Shown piece by piece: positions 11,122-22,604 of a DNA stretch of 64,000 nucleotides. Within the stretch, counting starts at the first letter, position 1; each line of letters opens with the position of its first letter. Below the pieces are notes generated by a model. The model saw nothing but the letters and a program-made list of their open reading frames with translations, had not been told where the DNA came from and did no database searches. Both the position numbers and the translations under genes were made by a program. Source of the stretch: Squalus acanthias (taxonomy: Eukaryota); NCBI GenBank assembly GCA_030390025.1, contig CM059431.1, positions 156,242,001-156,306,000 on the forward strand, read 5' to 3'.

Positions 11122-13853
11122 GGTTAGGGTGAGTGCAGAACGTGCGGTTGGGTCAGGGTGAGTTTGTGACGTGCGGTTTGGTCAGGGGGTGAGTGAGGGA
11201 TGGGCGGGTGGGTCAAGGGTGCGCACAGGACGTGCGGAAGGGTCAGGATGAGTGTGGCACCTGCGGGTGAGTCAGGGGGTGAGTGCGTAAAGTGCGGATG
11301 GGTCACAGCAAGTGCGAGAGAGTCAGGGTGAATGCGGGATGGGCGTGTGGGTCAGGGTGAGTGCGGGACGTTTGGGTGTATCAGGGGGTGAGTGTGGCAT
11401 GTGCGGATGGACAAGGGTCAGTGTGGGATGTGCGGGTGGGTCAGGGTGAGTGCGGGCCGTCCGGGTGGATCACGGTGAATGCGGGACGTGCGGGAGTCAG
11501 GGTGAGTGCGGTACGTGCTTGTGGGTCAGGCGGTGAGTAGAGGAAGTGCAGGTGGCTCAACTGATAAGTACAGGAGGTGCGGGTGGGTCAGGGGAAGTAC
11601 AGGCCGTGTGGGAGAGTCAGAGAGTGAGTACAGTAGGTGCGGGTGGGTTAGAGTGAGTTCAGGAGGTGTGGGTGGGTCGGGGTGTGATGACAGGAGGCGT
11701 GGGTGGGTCAGGGTGTGTACAGGAGGTGTGGGAGGGTCAGTGTGTGAGTACAGGAGGTGTGGGTGGGCCAGAGTGAGTACAGGAGGTGTGGCTGGGTCAG
11801 GGTGAGTACAGGAGGTGTGGGTGGGTCAGGGTGTGAGTACAGGAGGTGTAGCTGGATCAGGGTGAGTACAGGAGGTGTGGGTGGGTCAGAATGTGAGTAC
11901 AGGAGGTGCGGGAAGGTCAGGGTGAGTACAGTAATTGCGAGTGGGGCAGGTTGAGTACAGGAGTTGTAGTTGTGTCAGAGTGAGTACAGGAGATGCGAGT
12001 GGGTCAGGGTGAGTGCGTTAGGTGTTGTTGGGACAAGGTGAGTATAGGAGGACCGGGTGGGTCAGGGTTAGTACAGGACGTGTGGGTGGATCAGGGTGAG
12101 TACAAGAGGTGTGGTTGGATAAGGTTTAGTACAGGATAGGTCAAGGTGAATATAGGTGGAGTGGGTGGGTCAGGATGAGTATAGGAGGTGTGGGTGGATC
12201 AGTGGGTGAGTACCGGGGGTGTGGGTGGGTAATGGGTTGAGTACAGTAGATGTGGATGGGTCAGGGTTAGTGCATGAGGTGTTGGTGGGTCAGTGTGAAT
12301 ATAGGCGTTGTTGGTGGGGCAAGGTGATTACAGGACGTTTGGGTGAGTCAGAGTGTGCACAGGAGTTCTGTGAGGGTCACGTTGCGAGTACAGGAATTGT
12401 GGGTGGGTCAGGATGAGTACAGGACGTGTTGGTGGATCACAGTGAGTACAGGAGGACCGGATGCGTCAGGGTGAGTACGGGAGGTGTTTGTGGGTCAGTG
12501 TGAGTATTGGACTTGTTGCTGGGGCAAAGTGATTACAGGACGTTTGGGTGGATCAGGGTGAGTACGGGAGGTGTTGGTGGGTCAAGGTGAGTACAGGAGG
12601 TATGCGTGGGTCAGGGTGAGTACAGGAGGTGTTGCTGGATCAGGGGGTGCGGACAGGGGGTGTAGGTGTGTCAGGGGGTGAGTACAGGGGGTGTGGCTGG
12701 GTCAGGGTTTGAGCACAGTAGATGTGGGTGGGTCAGGGTGAGTACAGGATGTGTGGGAGTGTCAGTTTGAGTACAGGGGTAATGGGTCAGTCAGGGTGAC
12801 TACAGGGGGTGTGGGTGGGTCAGAGTGAGTACAGGAGGTTTTCGTTGCTCACGGTGAGTACATAGTGTGTTGGGGTCAGTGTAGGTATAGGAGGTGTAGG
12901 TGGGTCTGGTTGAGTACAGGATGTGCGGGTGGATCAGGCTGAGTACAGGAGGTGTGGGTGGGTCAGGGGGTGAGTACAGGGAGTGTGGGTGGATTAGGGG
13001 GAGAGTACAGTGGGTGTGGTGTATCAGAGGGTGGGTACAGGATATGTGGGTGGGTCAGGGTTAGTACAGTTGGTTTGGGTGTGTCGGGGGGCCTGCAGGA
13101 GATGTGGGTGGATCAGGTTGAGTACAGTGTGTGTGGGATGGTCAGTGTGAGTTTAGGGGATGTGGCTTAATCAGGGAGAGTACAGAAGGTGTGGGTGTGT
13201 CAGAGGGTGAGTAAATTATGTGTGGGTGTATCAGGGTGAGTACAGGAGATGTGCTTGAGTCAGGGCGTGAGTGCTGGAGGTGTGGGTGTGCCAGTGTGAG
13301 TAGAAGTGGTGTGGCTGGGTAAGGGTGAATACAGGTGTTGTGGGTTGGTCAGGGTGAGTACAGGAGCTGTGGGTGAGTCAGGGTGAGTGCAGGAGGTTTG
13401 GTTGGGTCAGTGTGAGTACAGGGGATGTGGGTGTGTCAGTATGTGAGTACAGGTGTTGTGCGAGAGTCAGGGTGATTACTGGAGGTGTGAAGGTGTCATG
13501 GTGAGCCAGGAGGTGTGTGTGGGTCAAGGGCTGCGTGCAGGGGCTGTGGTGGATCAGGGTGTGTAGAGGAGGTAGGGTGGGTCAGGGTGAGTACAGGAGG
13601 TGTGGGTATATCAGGGTGCTTACAGAAAGTGTGGCTTTTTCAGTTTGAGTACAGCAATTGTCGGTGGGACAGGGTGAGTATAGGTGGTGTTGTTGCGTCT
13701 GGGTGATTACAGGACGTGTTGGTTGATCAGGGGTTGAGTACAGTGAGTGTAGGTGTGCCAGGGTGTGTATGGTAGGTGTGCGTGGGGCAGGGGGTAAGTA
13801 CAGGGGGTGTGGGTGTGTCATGCTGTTTATAGGATGTGTTTGGTTCAGGGGGT
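11122..13853 (+). repeat. G-rich ~29-bp minisatellite (gggtgggtcagggtgagtacaggaggtgt)n, degenerate, ~2.7 kb
   Basis: Directly visible periodicity and strong G/C strand skew. Confidence 0.95.
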
Positions 13854-14752
13854 GAGTTGCAGCTTTTACCAGGTTGGCACCTCATTTTTAGGTACGCCTG
13901 GTGCTGCTCATTTCAAGCTCTTCTACAATCCTTATTGGACCAGACTGGCAGTTATGTCCTTCAGGACTCGTCAAGCTCGGTCAGTAGTGGTGCTACCGAG
14001 CCACTCTTGGAGGACATTGATGTCCCCCACCCAGAGTATATTCTGTGCACTTGCTACTCTCAGTGCTTCTTACAAGTGATGCTTAAAATGGTGGAGCACC
14101 GATTAATCAACTGAGGAAGGGCGGTAGGTGGTAATCAGCAGAAGTTTTTCTTCCCCCTGCATCAACTGAAGCCATGAGAATTCATGGGGTCCGGAGTCAA
14201 TGCTAAGGACACATAGGGCCACTCCTTGCCGACTGTATATCTCTGTGCCGCCACCCAGGGATGGTGATAGAGGTATTTGGGACATTGCCTGAAGATATGG
14301 TTCTGTGAGTATGACTATGTCAGGCTGTTTCTTGACTACCCTGTGGGACAGCTCAAGGATCTTGGCACCAGTGCCCAGATATTGGTGAGGATGAATTTGC
14401 AAGTTCGACTGGGCTAGGTGTGCCGTTGTCATGTCCGCTTCCGATGCCTGGTGGGCAGTTGGATTTCATTCTTATTATTTTGTTTCGTAGCGGTTTTGTT
14501 ATAACTGAGTGGCTTGCTCGGCCATTTCAGAGGGCAGTTAAGCGTCAACTTTTTTGCTGTGGGTCTGGAGTTTTTTATAGGCCAGACCAGATAAGGACAA
14601 CATATACTAACCTTTTATTCCAGGTTCAGTTAATTAACTAAACTTAAATTCCCAAACTGCTGTGGTGGGATTCTAAACTAAACGTCCCTGGATTATCAGT
14701 CCAGGCATTTGGATTACTAGCCCACTGACATTTCCACTATGCTACCGTTCCC
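13853..14752 (-). mobile_element. 5' part of tRNA-headed LINE (same family as 61621-64000), internally deleted
   Basis: Head gggaacggtagcatagtgg (A box) at 14752, core ...gaaatggccgagcaagccactcagtt, then APE remnant (QPDIVILTE..., LLLITTYRP). Confidence 0.75.
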
Positions 14753-15429
14753 ATAGATATCAATATTAAATAAAGAATTATCCGGAATTTACGGTCAACA
14801 ACGAAGCAAATGCGTTTGCTGTTAAACACAAAGTTAGCTACACACAAAGATCTCGCATTCACTGTGTGGAGAAGTTGAGGTTTTACGAACTGTTATTCAA
14901 ATCAACGGAGTATCATGGGGATCCTCTCGTGCAAGATGCTGTGACGTCAACAGGCTGTCTAAGCAGACAATCAAAACTCAGTATTCTCACAGACAGCGAA
15001 CAAGGCATTGAGTAAGAAAATGAAGAAAGTTGACACTGCACAAAATTAAAATTAGATTTTCAATCACATAACTTTTGTTTAGAAGTCAAAACGCTGTTGA
15101 AACCCAGTTACACCCAATCCCTTTTAGTGGGGAATTTAAGAGCACAATTACTGTGAAGAGTCGAAGATTTCAGCAGTTTCCTTGATTTGAGAGATTTCCC
15201 TGATTGCCCCCTCCGGGCGGGCACAGCGCAGCCTCTGCAGTTCTATTGGAAGCAAAGGTAGGGAATATCTGACGGAGAGAGCAACGGGGCAGATGGAATT
15301 TCGGCCGTTTTTCGTTGAGGACATAATACAAGCGGTATCGCAGTATCGCCAATTATATGTTGATCTTTTTGGTTTGTCAAATCAAAATTTACTGTAAATC
15401 AATTAAAACTTGAAATGAAACTTAATAAA

Positions 15430-18400
15430 TCAAATTAAAATTTGAAAGTCCGGGGTGATGATGCACTCCAGTCCCCGCGGCGCCCACCGGTCGCGGAAAA
15501 ACTCAAGCGTGCCGGCGGACACCGCGTGCTCCATCTCCAGGGCCACCCGGGCGCGAACATGGCCGCGGAAGAGAGGCAGGCAATCGGGCCGAACGACCCC
15601 CTCGACCGCCCGCTGCCTGGACCAATTAATGGCTTTCTTGGCCAGGCCCAGGAGCAGTCCTACGAGGAGGTCCTCCGACCTACCCGCTCCCCTCCGCACC
15701 GGGTGACCGTAGATCAGGAGCGTGGGGCTGAAGTGCAACCAGAAATTGAGGAGCAGCCCCTTCAAATAATGAAAGAGGGGCTGCAACCTCTCACATTCAA
15801 CATAAATGTGATAAACGGACTCCTCCAGGCCGCAAAAATGGCAAGCAGCCTGGGAGTCCGTAAACCTACTTAAAATCCTATTGCACGGGACTGCTCCGTG
15901 CAACACCCTCCAGGCCAAGTCCCCAATAGAACAAGGGAAGACTCCCGCGTAGAGAGCCTTCCAATGGGGACCTTCGCCTCCGCCGGACGGCAGGATGGTA
16001 CGCCAAGGCGTGTCCGGACGGCAGACGAAGATGGCAAAGTGGAGAGTGTGCAGGAGCAGCCCGTACAGGAAACGCCTCCGTGCGGATTGAAAGGGCACGG
16101 AGGGCATTTCTCCGAGAAGGCTCAAGTGGTGAGGCGGCGGCTCCCGAGGGAGGATTCGGGGCCGGGCGCCGATAAGGAATTCCGTCCGAACGGGGGTCAG
16201 TTCGGACGGGATCGCCCCACGTGCTTGAGCCTCCTCGACACACCTAGTGGAGACGGGGCCCAGTGCCACTTTTAGCGACTCGATGGCTTTGACCGCGAGC
16301 CGGACGTTGACCCAAGACATGCGCCTCGCCAACTCCTCCGGCGCCATCCAGCCCGCTCCTCCGCCATCGAGCAGGTCCCCGACTCTGGTCACCTTACCGG
16401 GCACAGCCCTGCCCTCCGCCAGCCAGCCGAACCCGCGGTCGTGGAGGTGCGGATTCCTGAACAGCGGCTCCCGAAGGACGGCCGCCGCTCCTGACGGGGG
16501 AGAACTGCGCTCGGAGGCGACGCTGTTCCAAACCCATAGCAGTTCCTGGTAGAAGACAGGCAGCTCCCGCAGGCTGGCACGCGTGCCACCCACTCTCACA
16601 AACAGGAGCTGCGTGTCGTAATTGAGGCCGTGCAGCTGGCGGAAGAAATACGTCGCCAGCGCACGCCACCTAGGAGGATTCTCCACGTACAGGTATCTCT
16701 GCAGCGTCTGAAGACGGAAAGTCGCCGCCTGGGTGCGAAGGCACACCAGCGCCTGACCGCCCTCCCTAAGCGGGAGACTCAAAACCGCGGCAGAGACCCA
16801 GTGCTTCCTTTTGTCCCAGAAGAAGTCGACGAGCTTCTTCTGCATCTTGGCGACAAACGCAGGGGGAGGGATCAAAGTGACCAACCGGTACCACAACATG
16901 GCGGCCACCAGCTGGTTTATGACCAGCGCTCGACCCCTGTAGGACAACACTCGGAGCAGTCCTGTCCAGCGTCCTAGGCGAGCGGTGACTTTGGCCTCCA
17001 GCTCTTGCCAGTTCGCCGGCCAGGCGTCCTCGGCCGGGCTGAGGTAGACTCCCAGGTAGAGGAGGTGCGTGGTGCTCCAGGCGAAAGGCCCGAACTCCTC
17101 CGGCAGGGAGTCCACCCGCCATGGGCCCACCAGGAGTCCAGAACATTTCTCCCAGTTGATCTTGGCGGAGGATGCGTCCGAGTAAATCTGCTGGCATTCT
17201 CGCATCCTCCGCAAGTCGACGGGATCCGTGACCGCGAGGAGCACGTCATCGGCGTAAGCCGAGAGGACCACCTCCACGCCCGGCCCTTGCAGAGCCAGTC
17301 CCGTCAACCTCTTCCGCAAGAGGCGCAGGAAAGGCTCCACGCAAACGGCGTATAACTGACCGGACATGGGGCATCCCTGACGCACCCCCCTCCCGAAGCG
17401 AAGGGGCGCCGTCAAAGACCCGTTAACTTTAATGAGACACTCCGCGGCGGCGTACAGAAGTCGGATCCGGGCGACGAAATGCGTCCCGAACCCGAATGCG
17501 CGCAGAGTCCCGAAAAGATACTCGTGATCCACCCTGTCGAACGCCTTCTCCTGATCCAGGGAAAGGAAGGCGACCGACAGACCAGCCCTCTGGGAATGGT
17601 GGACCAGGTCCCGGACCAGATGGATGTTATCGTGGATACTCCGGCCCGGGACCGTGTAGGACTGGTCGGGGTGGATCATGCGGGCCAGCACGGTGCCAAG
17701 GCGAGCAGACATAGCCCTGGCGAAAATTTTGTAGTCCGTGCTGAGGAGGGAGACCGGGCGCCAGTTCTTAAGTAGGCGGAGATCGCCCTTCTTGGGCAGC
17801 AGGACGATGACCGCCCTGCGCCAAGAGAGGGGCATCTCCCCGGTCGCCAGACTTTCCCCCAGGACCCGCGCGTAGTCGTCCCCCAAGACGTCCCAGAACG
17901 CCCTGTGGAACTCCACGGTCAGCCCGTCCAGCCCCGGGGACTTGCCCCTCGAGAGCTGGCGCAGGGCGCCGGTCAGCTCCGCCAGGCTTAGCGGAGCTTC
18001 TAAATTCTCGGCGCCCTCCGGGCCGACCTTCGGCAGGTCCTCCCACAAAACTCTGCGCGCATCCTCGCTGGACGGATCCGAAGAGAACAGAGCCCCGTAA
18101 TAGGCCCGGGCCTCCGCGCTGATGCCCTCCGGATCCGAGACCAGAGATCCGTCGTCGGCCAGCAGCCCCAAGAGCTGCTTACGGACCCCCCGTCTTTTTT
18201 CCAGCGAGTAGAAGAAGGGGGAGCCGCGGTCCAGGTCCCGCAGGAACTGGATCCGCGACCTCACGTACGCGCCTCGGGACCCGACCAGCTGCAGGTCCTT
18301 CAGCGCGCCCTTCTTCTCTTCGTACACCTTCCGCAGGGCCGGGTCCTCGACGACCTGACCGAGACGGGACTCCAGGTCGAGCACTTCTTTCTCCAATCGC

Positions 18401-19329
18401 CCGACCCGGGCCTCCCGCCTCTTGGTCGACCCCTTCGCGTACTCCTGACAGAAGACGCGGATGTGAGCCTTGCCCACGTCCCACCATAGCCTCAAGGAGG
18501 GGAAGCCTCCCCGCTTCCTTCTCCAGTCGGCCCAGAACCGGCGAAACGAATCCCGGAACCGCGCGTCCTCCAGCAGCAGGTTGTTAAAATGCCAGTACGC
18601 GGACCCCCCCCGCGCGCGCAGCGGAGCGAGCTCCGCCCACACCAGGTGGTGGTCCGTGCACGGCACCGGCCGCATGGAAGCCGCCGGAACGCAGGAGACG
18701 TATGCCCGGGAAATGTAAAGGCGGTCGATTCTGGACCTTCCTCCTCCAGACCTCACGCTCGTGAAGGCGCTGGAGTCGGGATGGAGATTTCGCCAGACGT
18801 CCACCAAGTCGAAGGACCCGACCAGGTCCCGCAACTTCTCCATCGCCGCCGGGCTTCGCGGGGGACCCGACCGGTCCCGCGCCTCGAGGGTACAATTGAA
18901 ATCCCCCCCGAGGATGACGCACTCGCCCACGTCGATGGAGCCCAGAAGAGCGGACACTTCTCCGAAGAAGCGCACTTGCTGCGCACCGGTCCGGGGGGCG
19001 TACACGTTCACTAAATGGAGCGGCACGCCTCCCAGGCGAACAGTGACCTGGAGCAAGCGGCCCGGCACGTGCTCCTTGACCCTCAAGATCTCCGGCTGAA
19101 AATGCGGGGCCAGCAAGACAGCCACCCCGCAGGAATTGTTGGAGAGGTGACTCATGCTGACCCCTCCTTGCCACTCCAGGAGCCACGTGGCCTCGTCTCC
19201 CGGAACGGTGTGGGTTTCTTGCAGGAAGCACACCGCATATTTCCCGTCCCGAAGGACCGAGAAGTTATTGAATCTACGGCGCGCCTCCCTGCTGCCGTTG
19301 ATGTTGAGGCTGGCTATGGTTATCTTCAT
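15430..19329 (-). CDS. Tx1 ORF2: APE endonuclease, reverse transcriptase, C-terminal zinc finger (~1300 aa)
   Basis: MKITIASLNING, LQETH, GGDFN, SRIDRLY, TDH (APE); KSPGLDG, NWRPVSLL, DQEKAFDRV, RQGCPMS, YADD (RT); CHFC...HIYVEC. ATG taken at 19329; the ORF track starts at 19347. Confidence 0.95.
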   Translation of the reverse strand: MKITIASLNINGSREARRRFNNFSVLRDGKYAVCFLQETHTVPGDEATWLLEWQGGVSMSHLSNNSCGVAVLLAPHFQPEILRVKEHVPGRLLQVTVRLGGVPLHLVNVYAPRTGAQQVRFFGEVSALLGSIDVGECVILGGDFNCTLEARDRSGPPRSPAAMEKLRDLVGSFDLVDVWRNLHPDSSAFTSVRSGGGRSRIDRLYISRAYVSCVPAASMRPVPCTDHHLVWAELAPLRARGGSAYWHFNNLLLEDARFRDSFRRFWADWRRKRGGFPSLRLWWDVGKAHIRVFCQEYAKGSTKRREARVGRLEKEVLDLESRLGQVVEDPALRKVYEEKKGALKDLQLVGSRGAYVRSRIQFLRDLDRGSPFFYSLEKRRGVRKQLLGLLADDGSLVSDPEGISAEARAYYGALFSSDPSSEDARRVLWEDLPKVGPEGAENLEAPLSLAELTGALRQLSRGKSPGLDGLTVEFHRAFWDVLGDDYARVLGESLATGEMPLSWRRAVIVLLPKKGDLRLLKNWRPVSLLSTDYKIFARAMSARLGTVLARMIHPDQSYTVPGRSIHDNIHLVRDLVHHSQRAGLSVAFLSLDQEKAFDRVDHEYLFGTLRAFGFGTHFVARIRLLYAAAECLIKVNGSLTAPLRFGRGVRQGCPMSGQLYAVCVEPFLRLLRKRLTGLALQGPGVEVVLSAYADDVLLAVTDPVDLRRMRECQQIYSDASSAKINWEKCSGLLVGPWRVDSLPEEFGPFAWSTTHLLYLGVYLSPAEDAWPANWQELEAKVTARLGRWTGLLRVLSYRGRALVINQLVAAMLWYRLVTLIPPPAFVAKMQKKLVDFFWDKRKHWVSAAVLSLPLREGGQALVCLRTQAATFRLQTLQRYLYVENPPRWRALATYFFRQLHGLNYDTQLLFVRVGGTRASLRELPVFYQELLWVWNSVASERSSPPSGAAAVLREPLFRNPHLHDRGFGWLAEGRAVPGKVTRVGDLLDGGGAGWMAPEELARRMSWVNVRLAVKAIESLKVALGPVSTRCVEEAQARGAIPSELTPVRTEFLIGARPRILPREPPPHHLSLLGEMPSVPFQSARRRFLYGLLLHTLHFAIFVCRPDTPWRTILPSGGGEGPHWKALYAGVFPCSIGDLAWRVLHGAVPCNRILSRFTDSQAACHFCGLEESVYHIYVECERLQPLFHYLKGLLLNFWLHFSPTLLIYGHPVRRGAGRSEDLLVGLLLGLAKKAINWSRQRAVEGVVRPDCLPLFRGHVRARVALEMEHAVSAGTLEFFRDRWAPRGLECIITPDFQILI

Positions 19330-19354
19330 CTCAGAAGCATAGTGCAACCTCTAC

Positions 19355-21511
19355 CTAACGGAGGGGAGGGAGGGCGGTCACTGACGACCGCCACTCCCTC
19401 AGCAGCCCAGTGTGGAACGTCTTGAGCCGACGCAGCTCGAGCCGGCCAACGTCCTTGTCCGCGCCCATGATTTTAACGGCGGCGCGGACGGACACGACGA
19501 GCAGCGCCAGCTCCGACCACTTGTCGAGGGCCAGCCGGATCTTCTTGTGACGACCCTGGCTCACGGCCATAAAATCCCGGAGTTCCCCTACGGGGATGAG
19601 GGGAGAGTCGGTGAAGGGCACGAGGGCGTCCATCACCTCGCTGCCGATGGACTCCAAATCGTCCTCGAAGCCCCCCACCGAGTCCCCGTCCTCCTCCGGG
19701 AGGTCGTCACCGGCGGCCAATCCGTCCGTCACACAGGGTGCAGCGAACGGCTCGGCCGCACCGGCCGGCCCCGCCTCCGTCACGATCCCACCCCCAGGAT
19801 CGGTGGCAGAGGAGTCCACCCTGGGCTCCTTCAGGGGCGCCGGGCCGGGAGGCGGCGGCGGCGGTTCGGGGCCCCCCCCCGCCTCAGGCGCCGGGGCGAC
19901 CGGAGAAACCGGGGAGAAAATAATCCCAAATTCCTCCAGCACGTCCGGCGCCAACAACAGAGACGGAGTCAGGGGGCTTTCCGTCTCCCCGCCACCAACC
20001 TCCGACCCAGCGGGCTGGGGATTGCTACACTCCTCCACCAGGTCGAGCAGTCCCTGGGAGATGTCTGGGTTATAAAAGGCGGGCTCGGCTTCAGCCTCTT
20101 TGGCCTCGCCCGCCCCAGTCCCCAGGACGCCCGACCCGGCGAGGAGCAACGGTTCCGGTACTACATTTCCCTCCGCGGGTTGTTCCGCGCCCCCCCCCAC
20201 GGGCAGGGTCTCTTCCCCATCCCCGGGAGGCACAGGTCGGACAGACTCGACTGTCTCACCCTCCCGAGGGACAGACGACCCCTGCCGATCGCGCGCGACG
20301 ATGACGGTGGTGGGGTGGGGCGCAGCACCCGCGGCGGGCGACTGCCCCCCTTTTGCGGAGGGACCTTCCTCCTCGCAGTCCTCCTGCTGGGGGCGGAGCT
20401 TTCTTTTTAACGTATTGGGGCCCGGAGAGGGGGAGGCCTCCATGTCTGCTGGGGCCTCCCTCTCTGCCCCCTTCCGACGACTGGGTTTCTTGGGCCCCTC
20501 GGGCCCGAGCCCGGCCGCAGGTCTTGATTTAGCCGCCTCGGCGGTTGCGGTCACGGTCACGGGCCCGGGCACGAGGACCCCCCCAGTCTCATGCGTCCCA
20601 ACCAACTCCGCGATATACTCGGGCGTGAGTTCTGTCAATTCCGATGTTTCCTCCGCGAGGGGATCCGCCCTTAGGTGTTTAGTTTTCCTACGCGCCTTCC
20701 TTCCCCCCGGACGCTCTCCCTCCTCCCCGCCGGAGGCCGTGGTGGTGTTGGCCTCCGATTTCGACCGCGCATCCGTCGCCGTCGACGCGCGGACAGTATC
20801 AGGGGGAGGGGGGGCGGCGGCGCCAACCCCGGCCGCGCCAGGTGTCGTGGCGGCCTTGGAGGCGGGGCAGTTTTTGCGGACGTGCCCCACCTCCTTACAG
20901 GCGTAGCACCGCGCGCCGTCCGAGGTCCAGAAGACGCGGTGGGCGGTCCCCCCGTGGAGCACCGTGAACGCGCCGTCCGCGTCCTCCTCCCGCGCCAGCC
21001 GGACGAAAAGCTGGCGCCGGAAGGAGAAGACGTGCCGAAGGCTGGCTTCCCGGAAGCCGAGCGGGATGGGTGTGATCCCCGACCTCACCTCCCCCAGTTG
21101 ACGTAGGTGGGGGAGGAGGAGCTCACCCGGAACAAAGGGCGGGACGTTGGAAACCACAATCCTTTGCGCGGTGGCCTCAAGGGGGTCCACCGGCAGGAAG
21201 GTCCCGCCCACGGTGAGCCCCTTCTCGATGGCCAGGGACACCGCCCGCTCCGACCCCAGGAAGAACACAGCCTTGCCGTACATTTTAGAGGCGGCGACGA
21301 TGGCTGAAGGGCCGACAACCCCAGCCATGGCTTTTACACACGCCTCTATAGTCATGTTGGGGTGAGTGTAGCTCTTGACCCCATTCTTCCTCGTAAGGAG
21401 GGTAAAAGGTGACGGGGTAACAGGAGGACTCGTGGCTGCGGCCGTGGCCGCGGCTGCCACGCTTGCGTACGTCCTCGCTGCCCCCGCCACCGGCGAAGAT
21501 GTGGTCGCCAT
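19355..21511 (-). CDS. Tx1 ORF1, gag-like nucleic-acid-binding protein with CCHC knuckle
   Basis: AASKMYGKAVFFL, VVSNVPPFVP, SFRRQLFV, CYACKEVGHVRKNC, followed by a long low-complexity C-terminal half. First ATG at 21511. Confidence 0.9.
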   Translation of the reverse strand: MATTSSPVAGAARTYASVAAAATAAATSPPVTPSPFTLLTRKNGVKSYTHPNMTIEACVKAMAGVVGPSAIVAASKMYGKAVFFLGSERAVSLAIEKGLTVGGTFLPVDPLEATAQRIVVSNVPPFVPGELLLPHLRQLGEVRSGITPIPLGFREASLRHVFSFRRQLFVRLAREEDADGAFTVLHGGTAHRVFWTSDGARCYACKEVGHVRKNCPASKAATTPGAAGVGAAAPPPPDTVRASTATDARSKSEANTTTASGGEEGERPGGRKARRKTKHLRADPLAEETSELTELTPEYIAELVGTHETGGVLVPGPVTVTATAEAAKSRPAAGLGPEGPKKPSRRKGAEREAPADMEASPSPGPNTLKRKLRPQQEDCEEEGPSAKGGQSPAAGAAPHPTTVIVARDRQGSSVPREGETVESVRPVPPGDGEETLPVGGGAEQPAEGNVVPEPLLLAGSGVLGTGAGEAKEAEAEPAFYNPDISQGLLDLVEECSNPQPAGSEVGGGETESPLTPSLLLAPDVLEEFGIIFSPVSPVAPAPEAGGGPEPPPPPPGPAPLKEPRVDSSATDPGGGIVTEAGPAGAAEPFAAPCVTDGLAAGDDLPEEDGDSVGGFEDDLESIGSEVMDALVPFTDSPLIPVGELRDFMAVSQGRHKKIRLALDKWSELALLVVSVRAAVKIMGADKDVGRLELRRLKTFHTGLLREWRSSVTALPPLR

Positions 21512-22479
21512 AATGGAGGGTTCTTTAAGGGCTACACTCACCCCAAGTCACAGGCCTGAAGGTGTTAATGGCCTTGGTTTTTTTTTTATTTCTGGTTTCC
21601 CCTGAGCAGAGGGAGCTCTTAAATTGAAGGCACACCTCTCCCTTTAGTTGATTGAATTGGGAGAGGGGCCTTCTCCCCTCTGCTCAATGGGTACTTAATT
21701 AAAAATAGATTGAGGTGCCTCTTAGAGAGAGAGAGGCAGAGAGAGACAAGAGACAAAGAGAGAGAGAGAGAGGGGGGTGGGAAGGAGGGAAGCCGCAAGG
21801 GCAGGGTCGCCACTCAGGATGGTGGGTGGGTGGGTGTTGGCAGGGGGGTGCACTCTCCGATGTAAAAAGTCTTTGGTGGTGGTCTTCTGGTGGGGGGAGA
21901 AGATGTCTTCACCTGGGATAGCTGGAGATGCCCAGGCTCAGTCCTGCACCAGGTCTTAACGATGCCCAATAAGATGAAATTAATTGGGGAACTTCACCTA
22001 GGCAGCTCCAGCTGTCCCAGGTCAGGCAATGGGAAAGGGGTGTTTAATATGGTGTGTGCGGCCTAGCTTTTACAGAAGCCACACACACACACACCCCTTG
22101 GATGTTCCGGCCTTCTTCTTTTTCTTCTTTCCTCCCCCCACCTACAAAACAAAGTCTCTGGGAGAGTGCACCAGAATCACACCCACCTGTAGCTGTTGTT
22201 CTTTCCTTCCTTCCTCCTTCCAAACAGATGATGGTTGTTGATGTTTTCTCCCCTCTCTCCCTCTCCTAAAATGGAGGCCAATTGAGGAGGCAGTGTGGAA
22301 AGGCCTCTCCTCTGTTGTTAATGGCCTTGGCCTTCCTTTCTTTCTCCTCTCCTCTCCTCTCCTGTCCTCTCTCTCCAGGCACCTCAGTAGTTTTGGTTGT
22401 TGGTTGTTGGTGGTGGCCTGCTGTCTGTTCTCCTTCTCCTTCTCCTCTTCCTGCTCACAGAGACCACCACTCTGCTTCT

Positions 22480-22604
22480 GCTGCTCCTTCGTCAGCAGCT
22501 CCGAAAGCTTGTGATTTCAAATAAAGCTGTTGGACTATAACCTGGTGTTGTGCGACCTCTCAATTTTGTCCACCCCAGTCCAACACCGGCATCTCCGCAT
22601 CATG
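22480..22604 (+). mobile_element. Penelope pseudo-LTR 3' part with a 16-nt inverted hammerhead-core arm (22480-22495)
   Basis: 22496-22604 matches 30154-30262. 22480-22495 is the reverse complement of ctgacgaaggagcagc. The end atctccgcatcatg is identical to the pLTR end at 50443. Confidence 0.85.

Larger units (their letters stand above)
15363..22479 (-). mobile_element. Full-length intact Tx1-clade non-LTR retrotransposon
   Basis: Two uninterrupted ORFs, ~1-kb 5' UTR with simple repeats, short AT-rich 3' UTR ending caaaccaaaaagat, very high GC/CpG content. Confidence 0.95.

Noticed and set aside
11506..13821. Gly/Val/Cys-rich ORFs
   Set aside because: Translations of the minisatellite
15442..21365. 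Many long antisense and alternate-frame ORFs over the Tx1
   Set aside because: Expected shadows of a GC-rich intact coding region
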